A stretch of 63,412 nt of DNA, filler included, from Reticulomyxa filosa (lineage: Eukaryota; Protista; Foraminifera): NCBI GenBank assembly GCA_000512085.1. It is 19 parts of 19 records of this genome, joined end to end, with 100 filler letters (N's around TTAATTAATTAA, not from the genome) between each part and the next. Parts side by side here need not be neighbours in the genome. Positions count along the whole stretch, not along the records: positions 1 to 6,116 come from ASPP01004528.1; positions 6,217 to 9,440 come from ASPP01023949.1; positions 9,541 to 14,002 come from ASPP01002909.1; 16 more parts are not named here. One strand, 5' to 3'. Shown piece by piece: positions 1 to 13,520 of the stretch (its first letter is position 1; the number at the start of each line of letters is the position of its first letter). The notes beneath the pieces are model-generated. The model was not told the DNA's origin and did no database searches. It saw nothing but the letters and a program-made list of their open reading frames with translations. Made by a program: the position numbers and the translations under genes.

Positions 1-60
1 CGATGTTTGGAGGAGAGAAGTCGATGTTTGGAGGAGAGAAGTCGGTGGTTGGAGGAGAGA
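1..60. repeat. 21-bp tandem repeat (~3 copies) inside coding sequence
   Basis: The unit cgatgtttggaggagagaagt is repeated and encodes HRLLSSK-type units on the minus strand. Confidence 0.85.
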
Positions 61-1440
61 ATGGGACGTCGGGGCGATCAGAACAGATACAGTAGGATCG
101 GCGGAATAAGAAAAGGTGCGCAATGCTTGCATTTCATGTTCACTGTTGTGTTTGACCTTATTTGTATGATTGTTGTCTTTGTTTGTATTGTCATGTGCAT
201 GAAGACGATGCTGATGATCATGAAGAGGATGAAGAGAATGAGTGATGCTCGTACTCTTCCGCCGACCATCGTCCCAATTGTGATGATGGGAATAGGTGAC
301 AGTGGTGGTATTACTGGAGAGAGAGCGATGTCGGTAAGGTCGGATATCGGCTTGGCCAAAGAAAATGAGTGCCTCACAGCGACGGTAATAAACGAAGCAG
401 GGATAGAACTGGACGAGCCAATGGTCGAGAACGAATAGCACATATGTGAGACGCGAGTCGAGCCGGGTGGACGAGCTCGCGAACGTGCTCACGAAAAACA
501 GCAAAGGGATTATGTTGTGCAACAACAAGAACACTACAAATTGATAAAATAATGACAGCAATACTACTTTCGAATGTCGTCTGATCCATTCCGTCTCGCT
601 TAGCCTTTTTCTCTGCTTCTTCCTCTTCTTTGCGCTCGTGCTCGTCGTTGCTATTGTACTCTTACTCCCACTTCTGCTTATGCTCATACTTGATCCCATG
701 TTCATCCCCGTGTCTATCTGTCTCTGTCGCCATCGATACTGCTTGATCTTCAGCCATTGGATGTTCACGCCCAAGCCATAGCCCAAAAGCAGACACAACA
801 CATTACGCACGTATAACGAGTCGCGTCCGAGTCTCGACAGTTCGCTCCTGTCGTCTATCAATGTCAACGACATCACTGAGATACTTATTCCTCGGATCTT
901 ATTTGTTGTTTTTATTCATTGTTTTTTTTTATTATTATTTATTTTATAATATATTATTCATATTTTTTCCCCCTTCCCTTTTCAAAAAAAAAGTTCTTAA
1001 ACCCATTGGTGAAAGGACTTGGACGGATTCTTCGCGAGGTCGAATAAATAGATTTGCGCAAAGGACACGGCCACTATTTGGATGAGCTGAATTTGACCGC
1101 AGTTTCGGATACTGTCTACTTGCATTCCTTCAAAAAATGAACTCCAACCTACCAGCAGATAGATTATACATACACTCACAATCGTGTGGTGGACCAGGTA
1201 CATGTATTGCATTATCATCTTGCCCTTCTCTGAACTTTGCTTCCGTTTCTCGCTTGTGGTTCTTGTCCGCTCTTTCTCTTCTTCCTCCTCACTTGACCCT
1301 TTCTTACAACCCCATCTTTCCAAACCATTTGCTACATATAACTCCAACACGCAAAAAACTAGCAAATAGGCCAAGGTGCTACAGATCAAAACCGTTGAAG
1401 ACGACAATTGGCAGGCCGATAAATTTTCTAATTCTACCAT
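1..1440 (-). CDS. Multi-pass membrane protein, 2 exons, 3' end runs off the window
   Basis: Exon 1 (1440 to ~1003) has about 3 hydrophobic helices. An AT-rich intron spans ~900-1003. The frame is then open from ~880 to base 1 (SVMSLTLIDD...NVLCLLLGYGLG...VVLLSLFYQFVVFLLLHNIIPLLFF...LTYVLFVLDHWLVQFYP, then a His/Ser-rich tail). The ORF track misses it because there is no stop in the window. Confidence 0.65.
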
Positions 1441-2008
1441 GTTCTTATTTTGATTCGCATTAACCTTTTTTTCGAGAAACGAGGGGATGGCACTGACTTT
1501 CTCGTTATTTTTTTAATATGATTTTGAACAACAGGTCTAAAAAGCAACATTGCAAAATATGGAGTGAACTAGTTCAGACCATTTCCAAAAATGGTGAAAG
1601 AAGATACTTGTCTATCAAATTTGCATACCCAAAAATGAAACAAACCACAAAAAAAAAGGAGAAAAAAGAAAATATGAACAAAAAAAAAAAGAAAAGTAAA
1701 ATAATGTCAATGGTACATAGTGAAAATTTTTTTAACTGTTTGCATTTTTGTTCAAAGAAAATCAAACCGAAGAATAAGACCTGCATTTTTTGAAATGCGG
1801 ACAATGAGATTTGATTTTTAATACAGACATACATATAACAAAACAAACAAGCAAGAAAAGACCAACGCATCTATACTGACTTTCGTGTCACTGGAGGGAG
1901 GGGGAAAAAAAAACAAACACAATACAAATCCAATGAACACCAAAAAAAAAAAAAATATAAACGAATGGACGCATTAAAAAGAACGGTAGTGCGCTTAATG
2001 TTCAGAGA

Positions 2009-3355
2009 TTACGTGTGAGAAAGATAGTCAGTTTGAGTGATCGCACTGGAGCCTTGTGGATCATAGCTCACAAGTATTTGTGTTTGAAAGTGTGGCGAAG
2101 AGGAAGAGACAAAGTTGGTGTCACCCGCCACTTGTTGTCGTTGTGTAAGAAGTTGATTTAAATATGTGGTGCTACGATTGGCCGAGTTATTTGGATCGGA
2201 ACCTTGTTTATTTTTTCGTGACATAACATTATGCACATATACACATATGCATATATGTACATATATATGTATATGTATACATAGATACCCAAGGTTTGTA
2301 AAGCCCATAATTCTTGCCTCATATCTTCTTCGTTTTCGTTGATTTGATCTTGACTCCATTTCCACATACTCTTTTGCCGTAATAGATTCTTTTGCACCTG
2401 TTTGTCGTGAAGACTCAAGCGCTTGTTGTTGTCGACGGTGTGCAGATCGCGCATGAGCTGTTTTTTGTGACCCATAAAGCCGGGTACGGTGTCGCCCTGC
2501 TCTCGATCTTCGTCGAGCGAGCTTTCGTCTGTGATAACGTCGTCTTGATCGTCACCGGCATTCGCCACATTGCCGCCAGTCGGCAAGACCCCTTCGGGCG
2601 TTTCGTAGACATCAGCCAATACGAGTTCGATATTGCCATCGTGTTTTATCGTATCTGATTCTATCGCCCCTGCATTTGCACCACTTTGTCCGTGTCCTTG
2701 TTCTTCTTCCGTGTCGGCGTGGACATTGATCAAACTCAGATGCGTTTCTGCGCCGGGTGTCATTTCGCGCGTTTGAGAGAATTCCAAATTTTGCAAGTTG
2801 TTATTGCTATTTTCATTGTTGTTATCTATTGTCTCTTCTTTGCTTGGGCCGTATAAGTCCTCAATGTCGCTATCGTCGTCTCCCGCTCGCTTCATCATCG
2901 CGTGTTTTTTCTTCTTTTTCCCTACCGGCGAAGAAGGTGCCGATTTGCTATTGTCCAGTTTCGATGTGCGCAGGTTGCTTTGTTGGTGAATACGGTTCAC
3001 GCTACTGCTTCTCTATTCCATACAAATGTCGCATTAGTATATGTTGTTTTTTTTTATAAAAGATAGTTTCCACTCAATCCTTTTAAGATGAGGAGAAAAA
3101 GTAGCTTACCAATGAGGGAGAGTGTGGGGACTGCAGTAGTGACACACTATGAGACAGTGACGATTGGGCTCGCATTGACCGTGCATACATTTGTACCAGT
3201 TCTTGCATTTCTTTGTCGTGTAAAGGCTTTGTGGTTGTTGGGACATACGAGTCTTGCGAACGCATTTTTGGATGCAAAGGCAAATCAGGAAGAGGCTTCC
3301 TTTGCATGTTTGAAAATGAAATATCGCCAGTATCAGTAGAACAACAGCCGCCCAT
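2009..3355 (-). CDS. Hypothetical acidic/disordered protein with MGGCCS dual-acylation N-terminus, at least 3 exons
   Basis: ATG at 3355 gives MGGCCSTDTG. A long acidic exon lies at ~3000-2290. An intron at ~2288-2204 (gtatct...aaacaag) joins LQTL to GSDPNNSANR. The true stop may lie past a further intron. Confidence 0.6.
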
Positions 3356-4301
3356 TATCTTTTTTTTAATATTGTAAATTCTTTTTTTAAAACAAAAATA
3401 ATACTTTTTGTTTTTTGTCTTTTGTTTCTTTTTGTTGCACCAGTAAAAAAATATAAGCATATCAATATTGAAAAAATTCCTTAAGATTTACTTATTTATA
3501 TAATTATTTGTTGCTATAGTGTAATTATTGCTTCGTTCGAAATAACTTTTTTTTGTCGAATTAATAGCTAGCTTGAATGTGCAAAATAAAATGTTTGTAT
3601 CTTCTTTAAATGGGTTAGTTCAAAGTGTGCGTCAAAAAATCGCAAGTAAAAAATTGAAAATTGAAAAATTATTGAAGAAAAACTGCAGTATGAAATTTAA
3701 ACCACACACATTCCAAAAAAATATTTAAAAAGCTGTCATATTTCTTAAACGATTAAGACTAGCACAAATTTGTTTTTTTCTTTATTTCACACACACGAAC
3801 AAAAGACAGCCAAGACCTAGGAAAAATGAAAAAAACAAAAGACAAATCAAGTGGCAATTCTTTTCAACAAGGTCAACTTTTTCACGAAGTAGCACCTTTC
3901 TCCTTCTATTCGGCAGGTTGAATAATAAGAAAAAAACAGTTTGCATTCAATAATGTTGTACCCCGAAACGAGCAACCTTTTTTGCCGCCCCGATTACAAT
4001 TACAGCCCAAAAAAAAATCATTGAAGGAAAAAAATTATAGAGAAACGGAAAAAATAGCTTCTCCTACCAACATAAAAAAGGAGGAGGAAAAAGAAAAAAA
4101 GAAAATAGAAAAAAAGATGAAAGAAAGTCCAAGTATTCACAAACGAAGCAAAACAAAAAAATGGAGACGAGACGAAGGAACACTTAGACAAGGCAAAATG
4201 TTCGCAAGGGATTGTGATGATTTGATTGCACACGTATTGAAACACTAAAAAAAAATAATAAAAAAATGGTGTGTATGGAAAATGAGAGGAGAAAGATGTG
4301 T

Positions 4302-6035
4302 TCAAAGTTGGAAAGGGTCCCAAGTGATGGTGACTTCAGTGACAGAAACAATAAATCCCATTGCAATGAGGCAAATAAGTTGAACATAAAAGGTATGTTT
4401 TGGAGAAGAAATTCTGGTGGCATATTTGTCTACTTGAGAATAATTCCACGTAAAATAAAATCGAATGAAGAGAAAAACAAAGAGTAAAAGAAGTCCGGCG
4501 ATCCAGGAGCCGACACTTGTAGCAGTCTTAAAAATCGACATTCGATCTTTCCATTGAATAGAAGAAGATAAGTGAGGTATTCCTTTGGAATCAGTCGTAT
4601 AGAGCGCAGCCATTATCACTTTTATTGCAATAGCAATCCACGCCAAGAGTTCTCCACGGAATATGGACACTTGTCTCTATTTTCATATAAAAAAAAGTTG
4701 GATTTATTTTGTTATTGCTCCTTTTTTTTTTTGTTGTTGTTGTAATAACAAAGAGACACACCTCTCGCAGTACGGAGGAATTAAGAAAATATTCGACACA
4801 CAATAAAATGAGTTGGTAAGCAGCCAAGCCCGCGTAAATGGGCCACACGAAAGTGTCATTAATTTTATTGCGACGATACAATGCAAATAAACATGGATAC
4901 GTGGCCATCAGCGACAACTGCGTCACTAAGATTTGATACGTCTTCAATTCGAGCCGATCCCCATCTTCAAAATAAAAGTGATCAGACAATTGGTCCACGA
5001 AATGAACACCAAGTAGCGTGACAAAGATGCCACGAATGATTAGCAAGACAGCGACAATGTATACTAACATCGCCCATTCATTGTGAAATTCGACCGTGGC
5101 CACGCCCACCAAAAGCAGTGTCTGCAGAATCCAAAAGATGGAAACGCCGACAGCACGAGATAAAGCATATTTCAAGTGTGCCCTTTTGGTTTGCTCTTTA
5201 CTCACTCGTCGAATAAACCACAATCTTCCGACCGATTCACTTATCAAGGTCATTATCCACAGGAAGCCCCAAGGCATTACTGTTAACACCACATTTGCGC
5301 CATGCACATGTTCCTCTACAATTGTGTGCAGCAGCACGGTATATACTACTGCCAACCCTGTTGCTATCGCTATATATATACATATATGTATGTATATATG
5401 TATATTTATTTATGTATGTATTTCTAAAAAAAAAGTTAGACACAATATACAAATAAATACCAAAAAAATAAAAAGAATAAACAACGTACTGACAGACAAC
5501 CAAATCAAGCGTGCAGTGATTCTTTTCCCAATCATCGTGGACTGCAAGCCTGAATACAATAACACTCCAAAGGCATACCATAGCAACACTTGAATGTTGT
5601 TTTGGACAAAAGGGACTCCGCGAATGCTTTGCAGTACGTGCAATGGCACGAGCATCAGACACGACGGCCAAGCAATCTGCGCTATCTCTTGGATATAGCA
5701 CGAGTGAATGTAGCCCCACACTTCGCGAAATGTTATCTCTGCCTTTGCTTGTGGAGACTTCATTCCGTCCAAAAACTCATCTGTTTCAAGGGCGACATCT
5801 GGAATGGGCTTGATTATCATTAAATTGCCATCATCATCGTCGTCGTCGTCATTGTCATCGTCGTTGCCGTGCTCATCACTGTTACTATCGTACCCCACAC
5901 GTTACTTGCCTCACTGTCGTCCCGTTGAATATTCCCTGCGACGCTTGACCGTGGACGTTCTGTAATATCGGAGCCCAGCAATTTCGACAGTTCCGATGAC
6001 GCATACTCATCCGAATTGCTACGCATATGTGACAC
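4302..6035 (-). CDS. Polytopic membrane protein, multi-exon, with acidic N-terminus
   Basis: ORFs 5820-6035, 5410-5898, 4591-5355 and 4302-4670 are consecutive. The last three are hydrophobic and separated by AT-rich introns; roughly 10 TM-like segments in total. There is an apparent frameshift near 5895. Confidence 0.6.
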
Positions 6036-6116
6036 CGTGATGCTTTTATAATGTACATTGCCTTTCTTTTCATTTTCGTTTTCGTTTTCGTTTTCGTTTT
6101 CATTTTCATTTTCATT

Positions 6117-6216
6117 NNNNNNNNNNNNNNNNNNNNNNNNNNNNNNNNNNNNNNNNNNNNTTAATTAATTAANNNNNNNNNNNNNNNNNNNNNNNNNNNN
6201 NNNNNNNNNNNNNNNN
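6117..6216. other. Artificial contig linker N44-TTAATTAATTAA-N44 (first of 18)
   Basis: Identical 100-nt spacer with stops in all six frames at 6117, 9441, 14003, 15855, 18864, 23337, 25307, 27631, 28731, 31900, 33078, 35797, 36910, 38085, 40181, 48305, 49645 and 60531. Confidence 0.98.
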
Positions 6217-6976
6217 TTGGTTTTTATCTTTTTTTTTTATCATTTGATAATTAAATTTCCTTCACAGCATAATCGGGTATGAAGTTATATCCCATGTACA
6301 ATTAGCCTTGAACAACAGTCAGTCACGCATGTCCAATTTTTATGTACGAGCTGTAATTATGCTAATACATTTTTAAAACTTAAATCCATAGTATTTCAAT
6401 AAATTTTGTAACTACTCAAGTCAACATAGTACTTTGCCTAAGTATTCCCAAAAAAAAAAGAACAATACAAAAATTTTGGGAATCTAAATACATTTAGCTT
6501 TTATGTTCGTTTTAATGACAAAATTAGATATGCTTTAAATATCTGATCTCAATTAACTACTCAGAACGTACACTCACTTGTTTAAGCGTATGTAATGTTA
6601 CTTCATTAATTTACGAAAAACTGAAAGCCGACAAATGATAATTTATAGCTATCACGACATTGGATTGAAAATTAAAAAACCAATCTAGGAAAGCTATTTA
6701 TGATGCATTGTTGAATGTTTTCAAACGATACAATAAGTTTTTGCTGTTGCTCAAATTATACCCAATAATATGCAGAAAACATTGATAAATTGCGAACGAA
6801 TTTTGATGAAACATTTTTTGTTTTGACTTATTTTTGTGAAGGGCAATTCATTTTTAAGTAAATTATAAAAAAAAGAATATTGATCAACAGTCCAAATAGA
6901 TCGTGAGCGATTTGAATTATGATAAACGTTTTTCCTCTTCTATATTTGTTATATCTTAGTTGAGACAAAAAAAAAG

Positions 6977-9402
6977 CTATTCTATTTTGATGCAGGCGCT
7001 CAGCAACTTCTCTGCAGTCTCTACATTCAAAAAATTACTGACAACTTTGTCCAGTACATCAGATAAGACGGAGATCTTCTCGGTTAGATATATTTGAGCA
7101 CACCAATGTATCAAATGATCATTTTCCGTTTCTATGAGTTTTGATGACAACATGCGTATAAACGATTAGAAAAACAGAGTATGAAATGGCTTCATAACAT
7201 ACCTAATAGCCTTTTAAATAAAAAGGCAAAACAAGATACTTGTTGAACAAATTGAACGGATGTTCTATCGACTTCGGAAACAGGATTGTTGCTTTCGCTG
7301 TTTGCTTTCGTTTTCCAAGTAACAATTGTGAGTAACTTTGCAATGCTTTGGAAAAGATCGAGCGAATATGAAACGTGTTCTTTTTCAGTGGATGAATCTA
7401 TTGGCTTAATTTTCTCAAATCCATATTCGATGATGTAACCACATAATCTCAACACATAGGTTCTCACAGACATGTCAAACATCAACCAAATAGCAACACG
7501 GTGTGCAGCAGATATGGCAACGATAGAATCGATCAATATGCGAAACGACTCGACTAATAACACACGATTTTTTTCGTCAAATAATTTGTCTCGAATAAGT
7601 AATTGCGACACCATCTTTACTACATTGCCTTGTTCTTGTGATGATATTTGCGACCAGGTCACTGGAAGTGTCTCGAATAATTTCTGAGTCATGCATGCAC
7701 ACAATATAAGTACTTATTATTATTATTAAACAAGAGCATTGCGTCAGAGGTCATCGACAAACAAACAAGCAAAAAATTGAATATGTACATATTATACATA
7801 TATATTTAACAAAGACAATTTGAAATAAAGCACCTGCAAAAGACAATTTCGTTGAAGAGCATCGTCCTTGCATCGCGTTACAAGTGAGACCAGATTCATA
7901 AATTCATTCATATTATTGTTGTTATTGTTATTGTTATTGTAATCGTTAATATTGTGGTTTTTGTTTGTATTGTTAGATAGCTCAAAGGAATTGTCGCCTT
8001 TTTTCAATTCTGGTATTGTTTCGCGAAGATTGGAAAGTACTATGTAATTGAACGTACGTATACGATTATGTGAATATGTTGTAATTATTGTGTCGATCCC
8101 CTTTTTTTTTCCCCCTCCGGTAATTGATTATGATGATTGATTCAAAAACGAGCCACAGAGCAAACACAAATGACAACAAAGAATAAAATACCAAATTCAT
8201 CGTCACATAGCCTTTTTAGCAGACGTTTGCGCTGGTCATTGTTATTTGTACACTTGAATATCTGTCCTACCACTTGAATCAATCGTCGACGATACTGTGG
8301 ACTTTCTTTCATTTCTGGATGAAAAATCTGTTATCAAGAAACGGACATCAAAAGTGTTGTTTGCCACACGCAGGCGGTAAGATTCAATATTGGTTAACGC
8401 AGAGTCGATTTAGAGTAGATATGCGTGTATTCAGATATTGTATTTACGTATTGCAACCGATGATCACTCTTTTTTTTTTTTTTTTTTTTTAATGTTCATA
8501 CAATGTCGATTGCTGACTTTGTACATACCGTTTCAACCAAAGTAGTCAACATCATATCTTGCACTGCAACTCCACACTTTATAACAACTCGAGACCTTGT
8601 GATGAGTGTTATACACACATAACATATCATTGCATATGAGAAGTTGTATGTCCCTTGTGCCATTCAATCGATTGTTTCAAAAAAAAAAAAAAGAAAGAAA
8701 ATACGTGATATGAATCCACATCCACGCCGATGCTGGTGTATTGTCGGTTTGACAATGACAAGGTTTGAGCAAAGAATGAAGCAAGAATTGCAGCACGAAT
8801 TGGATCACATCCGAGTTGGAAGGATTGCTGGAGCAGCAAAGCAATAAAAACTCGGAAAATATTTTGACAGCGTAAACAACAAATCGTTGATGGTAAACAT
8901 GGAGACGGCTAAAGTCTTGTTCATTGCCAAAATCCAATGTACGATCAAGAACAGTTGCATCCTTCATGTCACTGTTATTGTTATTGTCATCTTCTAATAC
9001 TGTGAGCAGTTTTTTCACCCACTCCAAAGTCATTTCGTTACTGCTAACCTCACCCATTTGCGTGCTCTTTCTTTGGATTGTGATCGATTCCAGTATTTTC
9101 AGATACAACAATACCGCTCGTCTCATCGACGTGACTGCATCATTGTCCGCGTGGTTGTCATCCATCCTCCTTGCTCCTTCCCACTCGTCGTCCACATCGT
9201 CTCTCGTTTTGGAAAATGCCATCAATCGCACTTTTTCAATACACGAAGTCAGCCCATCCAATCCTATTTTGTGGTTCATCAGTACATGCAGCATTCTTTC
9301 AACCCCAGTGTTGTAATTTTTTTTAACCTCCACCGCGTTCATTGCGTGAATACATAATCCGTCCATTTCACAATCGGGATACACATAACGCGGAAATTTC
9401 CA

Positions 9403-9404
<2 letters not shown>
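6977..9404 (-). CDS. Large helical hypothetical protein, multi-exon, 5'-truncated
   Basis: Exon-like ORFs at 8677-9384, 7792-8007 and 7192-7704, plus a terminal exon ...AEKLLSACIKIE* ending at 6977. Confidence 0.55.
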
Positions 9405-9440
<36 letters not shown>

Positions 9441-10511
9441 NNNNNNNNNNNNNNNNNNNNNNNNNNNNNNNNNNNNNNNNNNNNTTAATTAATTAANNNN
9501 NNNNNNNNNNNNNNNNNNNNNNNNNNNNNNNNNNNNNNNNTTGATTTCATCAAACAAAAAAAAAGATATTAAAAAACCAATATCATATTTAAAAACTACA
9601 AGTTTTGTAGATTTTTTTTTAAAATAAAAAAAATTAGGTCTAAATGTTGATTTTTCATGGAGAAAATCAATTATCATCATAAGATATCGTTTTATGCGTT
9701 CAGTTTTCTTTGCAACATACTGTAATTTGACTTGTTTGGCATTTGAAAAAAAAAAATGATTAGTGGGGACAAAGCAAAAAGTAGTAAAAAACCATTATGC
9801 ATTTACAATGCACAACTTTGAAAATAACATTAAATTCTGCAAAAAAAAATTTTTTTGATAACAAAAAATTGAGTTTTCTCAAAAACTACGCACGTAGAAG
9901 ACTAATTTTTTTTCACAAATATCTATACATTGAACACTTTCTGAAAATGCTTAAAAAAAGTTGGCAAATTTCATGGTTACGACACATGCACTATTGTCAA
10001 CTTTTTCTCGAAAATTTTCAAAAATCAATAAAATATTCAAATTTTAAACAATTAATAATATTTAATAAAAAACTAAATTCAAAATGATATTTAAAAATTA
10101 CAATATTTGTAAATATTTTTTTAAAAGATTAGGCCTGAATTTGTTTTTTAATTCAGAAAATCAATTATCTCTATAATGTTGTCAACTTTATTTTGCATTC
10201 TACTGTATTTTTCAGATTAAATGTATATTTATCTTTTGTTTATTTAGTTTTAATTCAACTACTATCTATAATTGACTTAAAAAGTTTGTCCAGGACAAGG
10301 CCATTATGAAAAAATAATTTTAGTTTGAAAAATTGCTTTTAAGATAATTTAAAGAATTCCTGAAAAATACACAAAGATAGCGTTTCTAAATGAAACTTGC
10401 TATAACGTGTTAGGATAAATAAATGACACTGATATCAAAAGGACAAAATTTTTGTCACCACGCCCGAAACATGAAGAAAAGTAGAAAGAAAGAAATGAAA
10501 TACAAACTATC

Positions 10512-12764
10512 TCATTGCTTTGCGATGGAGTTGGACTCGTGGAGTAGTTTTTCAATCATGGCGACCCTATTTTCATGGATTGTCAATCGCTGTTCAAATA
10601 CTCCCAATGTTTGTGTTACAATATTGAGTTGGGTCACTATGTGGTCTAGGGTAGTTGCCAATTGTTCCGGAACGATACTGTCAGTGGTAGTTTCATTTGC
10701 CCGGTGCACTTGCGTGACATCTGGAGGAGTTATAGTCTTTGCGTTGCTGTTATTGGTGTTTGAAGTTTTTGTTGCTGCATTCACAGAATCACGAGAATTA
10801 TAGTTTGCGTTGCTTACACTTTTGTGGGCAGTTCCACTAATGTTGTTCTTGGCTTGATTTATTTTTTGTTTTGTTACAACTTCAAAAATCATATTGATGA
10901 TTTTCGCAAAAATGAGTATTTCACTCAAACTAAACATTATAAAAAAAAAAGTTTGCAATGTGTTGCATTGCACACCTGGAGGTGCTGTGGCAGGCCTGTG
11001 ACTGTTTGTTTGCATTGGAAATTCTGCATTTTGATGGATTTGAATAGTTTTGGGGGGTAAAGGATTAAATGTGTTTGAAGTTTGGTGTTTTTGAACCTTT
11101 GGCAATGAGGATACGTTTTGATGTGTTTCTTGGCTCTGATCGTTTGTTACGGAGCCATTATTTTTTTTTTCGTTGCTATGAGCACTTTTTGTTTCTAATG
11201 GAAGCGCCAAAGCTGGCTGCGGTTTGCTGAACGCGGATGAATAAGGGTGGGTAGGAACTTGCAATATCTTATCAAAGTTTGTTTTCCACACCATTACAAA
11301 TGGTTCCTCTCCACAAGAACTGAAATAACATCCATCGTGTGAAAATGACACACTATGGATGGGAGACTCGTGTCCATGTATTGTGTACAGTTGGTGTCCT
11401 TCGCATAGATCCCAAACCTTTTTTTTTTTTATCGTACTCAATCTTTTTTTTTTTTTTCCCTCAAAAAAAAAAAAAAATTTTTTAAAAAATGGAGGCACGT
11501 ATCAATTACTTTGATGACTTGGTCTTGTCCTCCAGAAATTAAAAAATTCCCAGAGTGATGGAAATCAATACTGTTGACACAAGCATTATGTGCTTCATAG
11601 TGCTGAAGCAGTTTATTAGATCGAATGTCCCAAAGCTTGACACTTCGATCTTTTCCTCCACTTGCAATAAGAGTCGAATCTGGGTGAAATCGCACGCTCA
11701 TTACAACACTTTTAATGATGTGTGTATACATATATATGTATACGTATTTGTATTTATTATAGTTTTGACATTTTTTTTTGTAAATATTAAAAAAAGAGTA
11801 ACTCAGAGTTATCATAGAAGGTCTGCACACAGTCATTACTACGAATATCCCAGATTTTTACAGTTTTGTCATCTGAGCCGGTAACAACCAGCGTGTTATC
11901 AGCACTGAAGCGGGCTGATCGAACCCAGTTACTATGACCAGTCAACGAGGCTTGAAATTTGTTGGTACTGACATCCCAAATCTATTTGTTTGCATAACAG
12001 TTTGAAGGCAAATCACAAATATCCTCCCCTTCTCCTTCTACAGCTACTACACTCACACCAATTTGATAGAATAACTTTTGTTGTTTTATCGTCACTGCAT
12101 GATAGCGCATATTTTTCATCGCCACTGAAACAGACATCTCTGACAGTCGATGCATGTGCTTTTATTGCTTGTGAATCTCCTTTTCTGTATACGTAGACGT
12201 ATATATGCACAAGTTAGTGACCTCCCTGAAAAATGTTGCCAAAAACACTTTTATTAAATTTTTTTTTTTTTTTTTCCTTTTTTATTTACTTTGCTTATCT
12301 TTAAATGCAATTTATACATGCCCAAGTTTTCGTTAAGTTTCTTTTTTGTGCATTTTGACATAAAAAAAAATATTTCTTTTTTTTTTCTTCAATCCCACTT
12401 AACACGTTTGCCTCCCAAAAACGGACTGTACAGTCTTTGGAGCCTGATATAAGCAATTTGCCAGATCGGGAATAATTGACACACATCACTGCATTCTTGT
12501 GGCCTACAAATTTGAAGGCACGTAGTTGTGGCTTGAAATTCCATAGCATTATGCTCTTGTCCGCAGAACCAGTTGCCACTTGTTTCATTGAAGGACAAAA
12601 CGACACACTGTAAACCGAACCTTTTTTTTTTGTGTTATATGTGCAATTGTGCAAAACGACTCCTTTATTAACATGGATGTGTGCGACACTCAACCTTTAT
12701 GTCCACGAAATGTTCGTTCCAGTGTTGGATCTAATAAATCTTTTTCTTCTGAGGCTTCTGCCAT
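10512..12764 (-). CDS. POC1: POC1 centriolar protein (WD40 repeats plus C-terminal Poc1 coiled-coil), multi-exon
   Basis: N-terminus MAEASEEKDLLDPTLERTFRGHK|GSVYSVSF...WNFKPQLRAFKFVGHK; later repeats LTGHSNWVRSARFS and LYTIHGH...VMVWKTNFD; C-terminal PEQLATTLDHIVTQLNIVTQTLGVFEQRLT matches the Poc1 domain. Confidence 0.93.
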
Positions 12765-13520
12765 ATTTGTAAGGCAACTATAAATAAATTCAAGACCCCT
12801 TTTTGAAATTTTAAGAAAATACGAAGGCAAACAATACAAGTACAATAAAATTCGATCAATTTTTGTTATGTTTACATTATTTTTAGATATTCAACCTCTG
12901 TGAGCCTATCTGGTTATTGTCCACAACTTGGGTAAAACAACGGTCGCAGTTGGCGTTTCAAGCTCTCACTGTTGTTATTTGTAAACGTTTCGGATTTGAA
13001 AAGCACTTACGTTTTGTTTTCGGAACAAATCATAATTCCGCTTTCAGCAAGTGTTGCAAGGTTAAACGTCATAAATGCAGCGTAATATCGACATAGTGCA
13101 TTTCATAATAGTTATTCGATAAGTGTTATTAAAATTTTTTTTGACTGTTTAAATGTAACGATAACAGTTTATTGTCTAAAACCTCTTAAACAAGTTTTTC
13201 TCTTTATTGAAAACATCGTTCTTGACCGTTGTTTCAATTTGCTTGTTGCATTCGTACTTTAATTTGGAACAAATTAAATAAAATTTAAACGGGTTCTGGA
13301 TGTTTTTAGGATTTAAAACCTAAATTAAAAAAAACTAGTAACTGAAAATTGACACCAACATTTTCTGCGTATAGAAGAAAAAAAATGAAGCCTTTTAAAG
13401 AGTTTTTCAAAGTGTTTTCAAGTTGTCGTGTGATAAAGTTTTTTTCTCAGACTGACGTCACGAAAAACGTTGACTATGTAATGTCAGGGACTAGACTCAC
13501 GTATTCGAACAGTTGCAACA

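Noticed and set aside
7-438. Plus-strand 143-aa ORF and many other antisense or overlapping ORFs
   Set aside because: These are shadows of real exons on the opposite strand, or low-complexity poly-K/F translations of intronic A/T tracts.
6161-6172. TTAATTAATTAA recurring like a repeat array
   Set aside because: It is always centred in 44+44 Ns, so it is a synthetic six-frame-stop linker and not biology.
6977-9404. Weak resemblance to glomulin/ALF4 (LVTRC...LQRNCL, LLIRDK)
   Set aside because: Too few matching residues to name it without a profile search.
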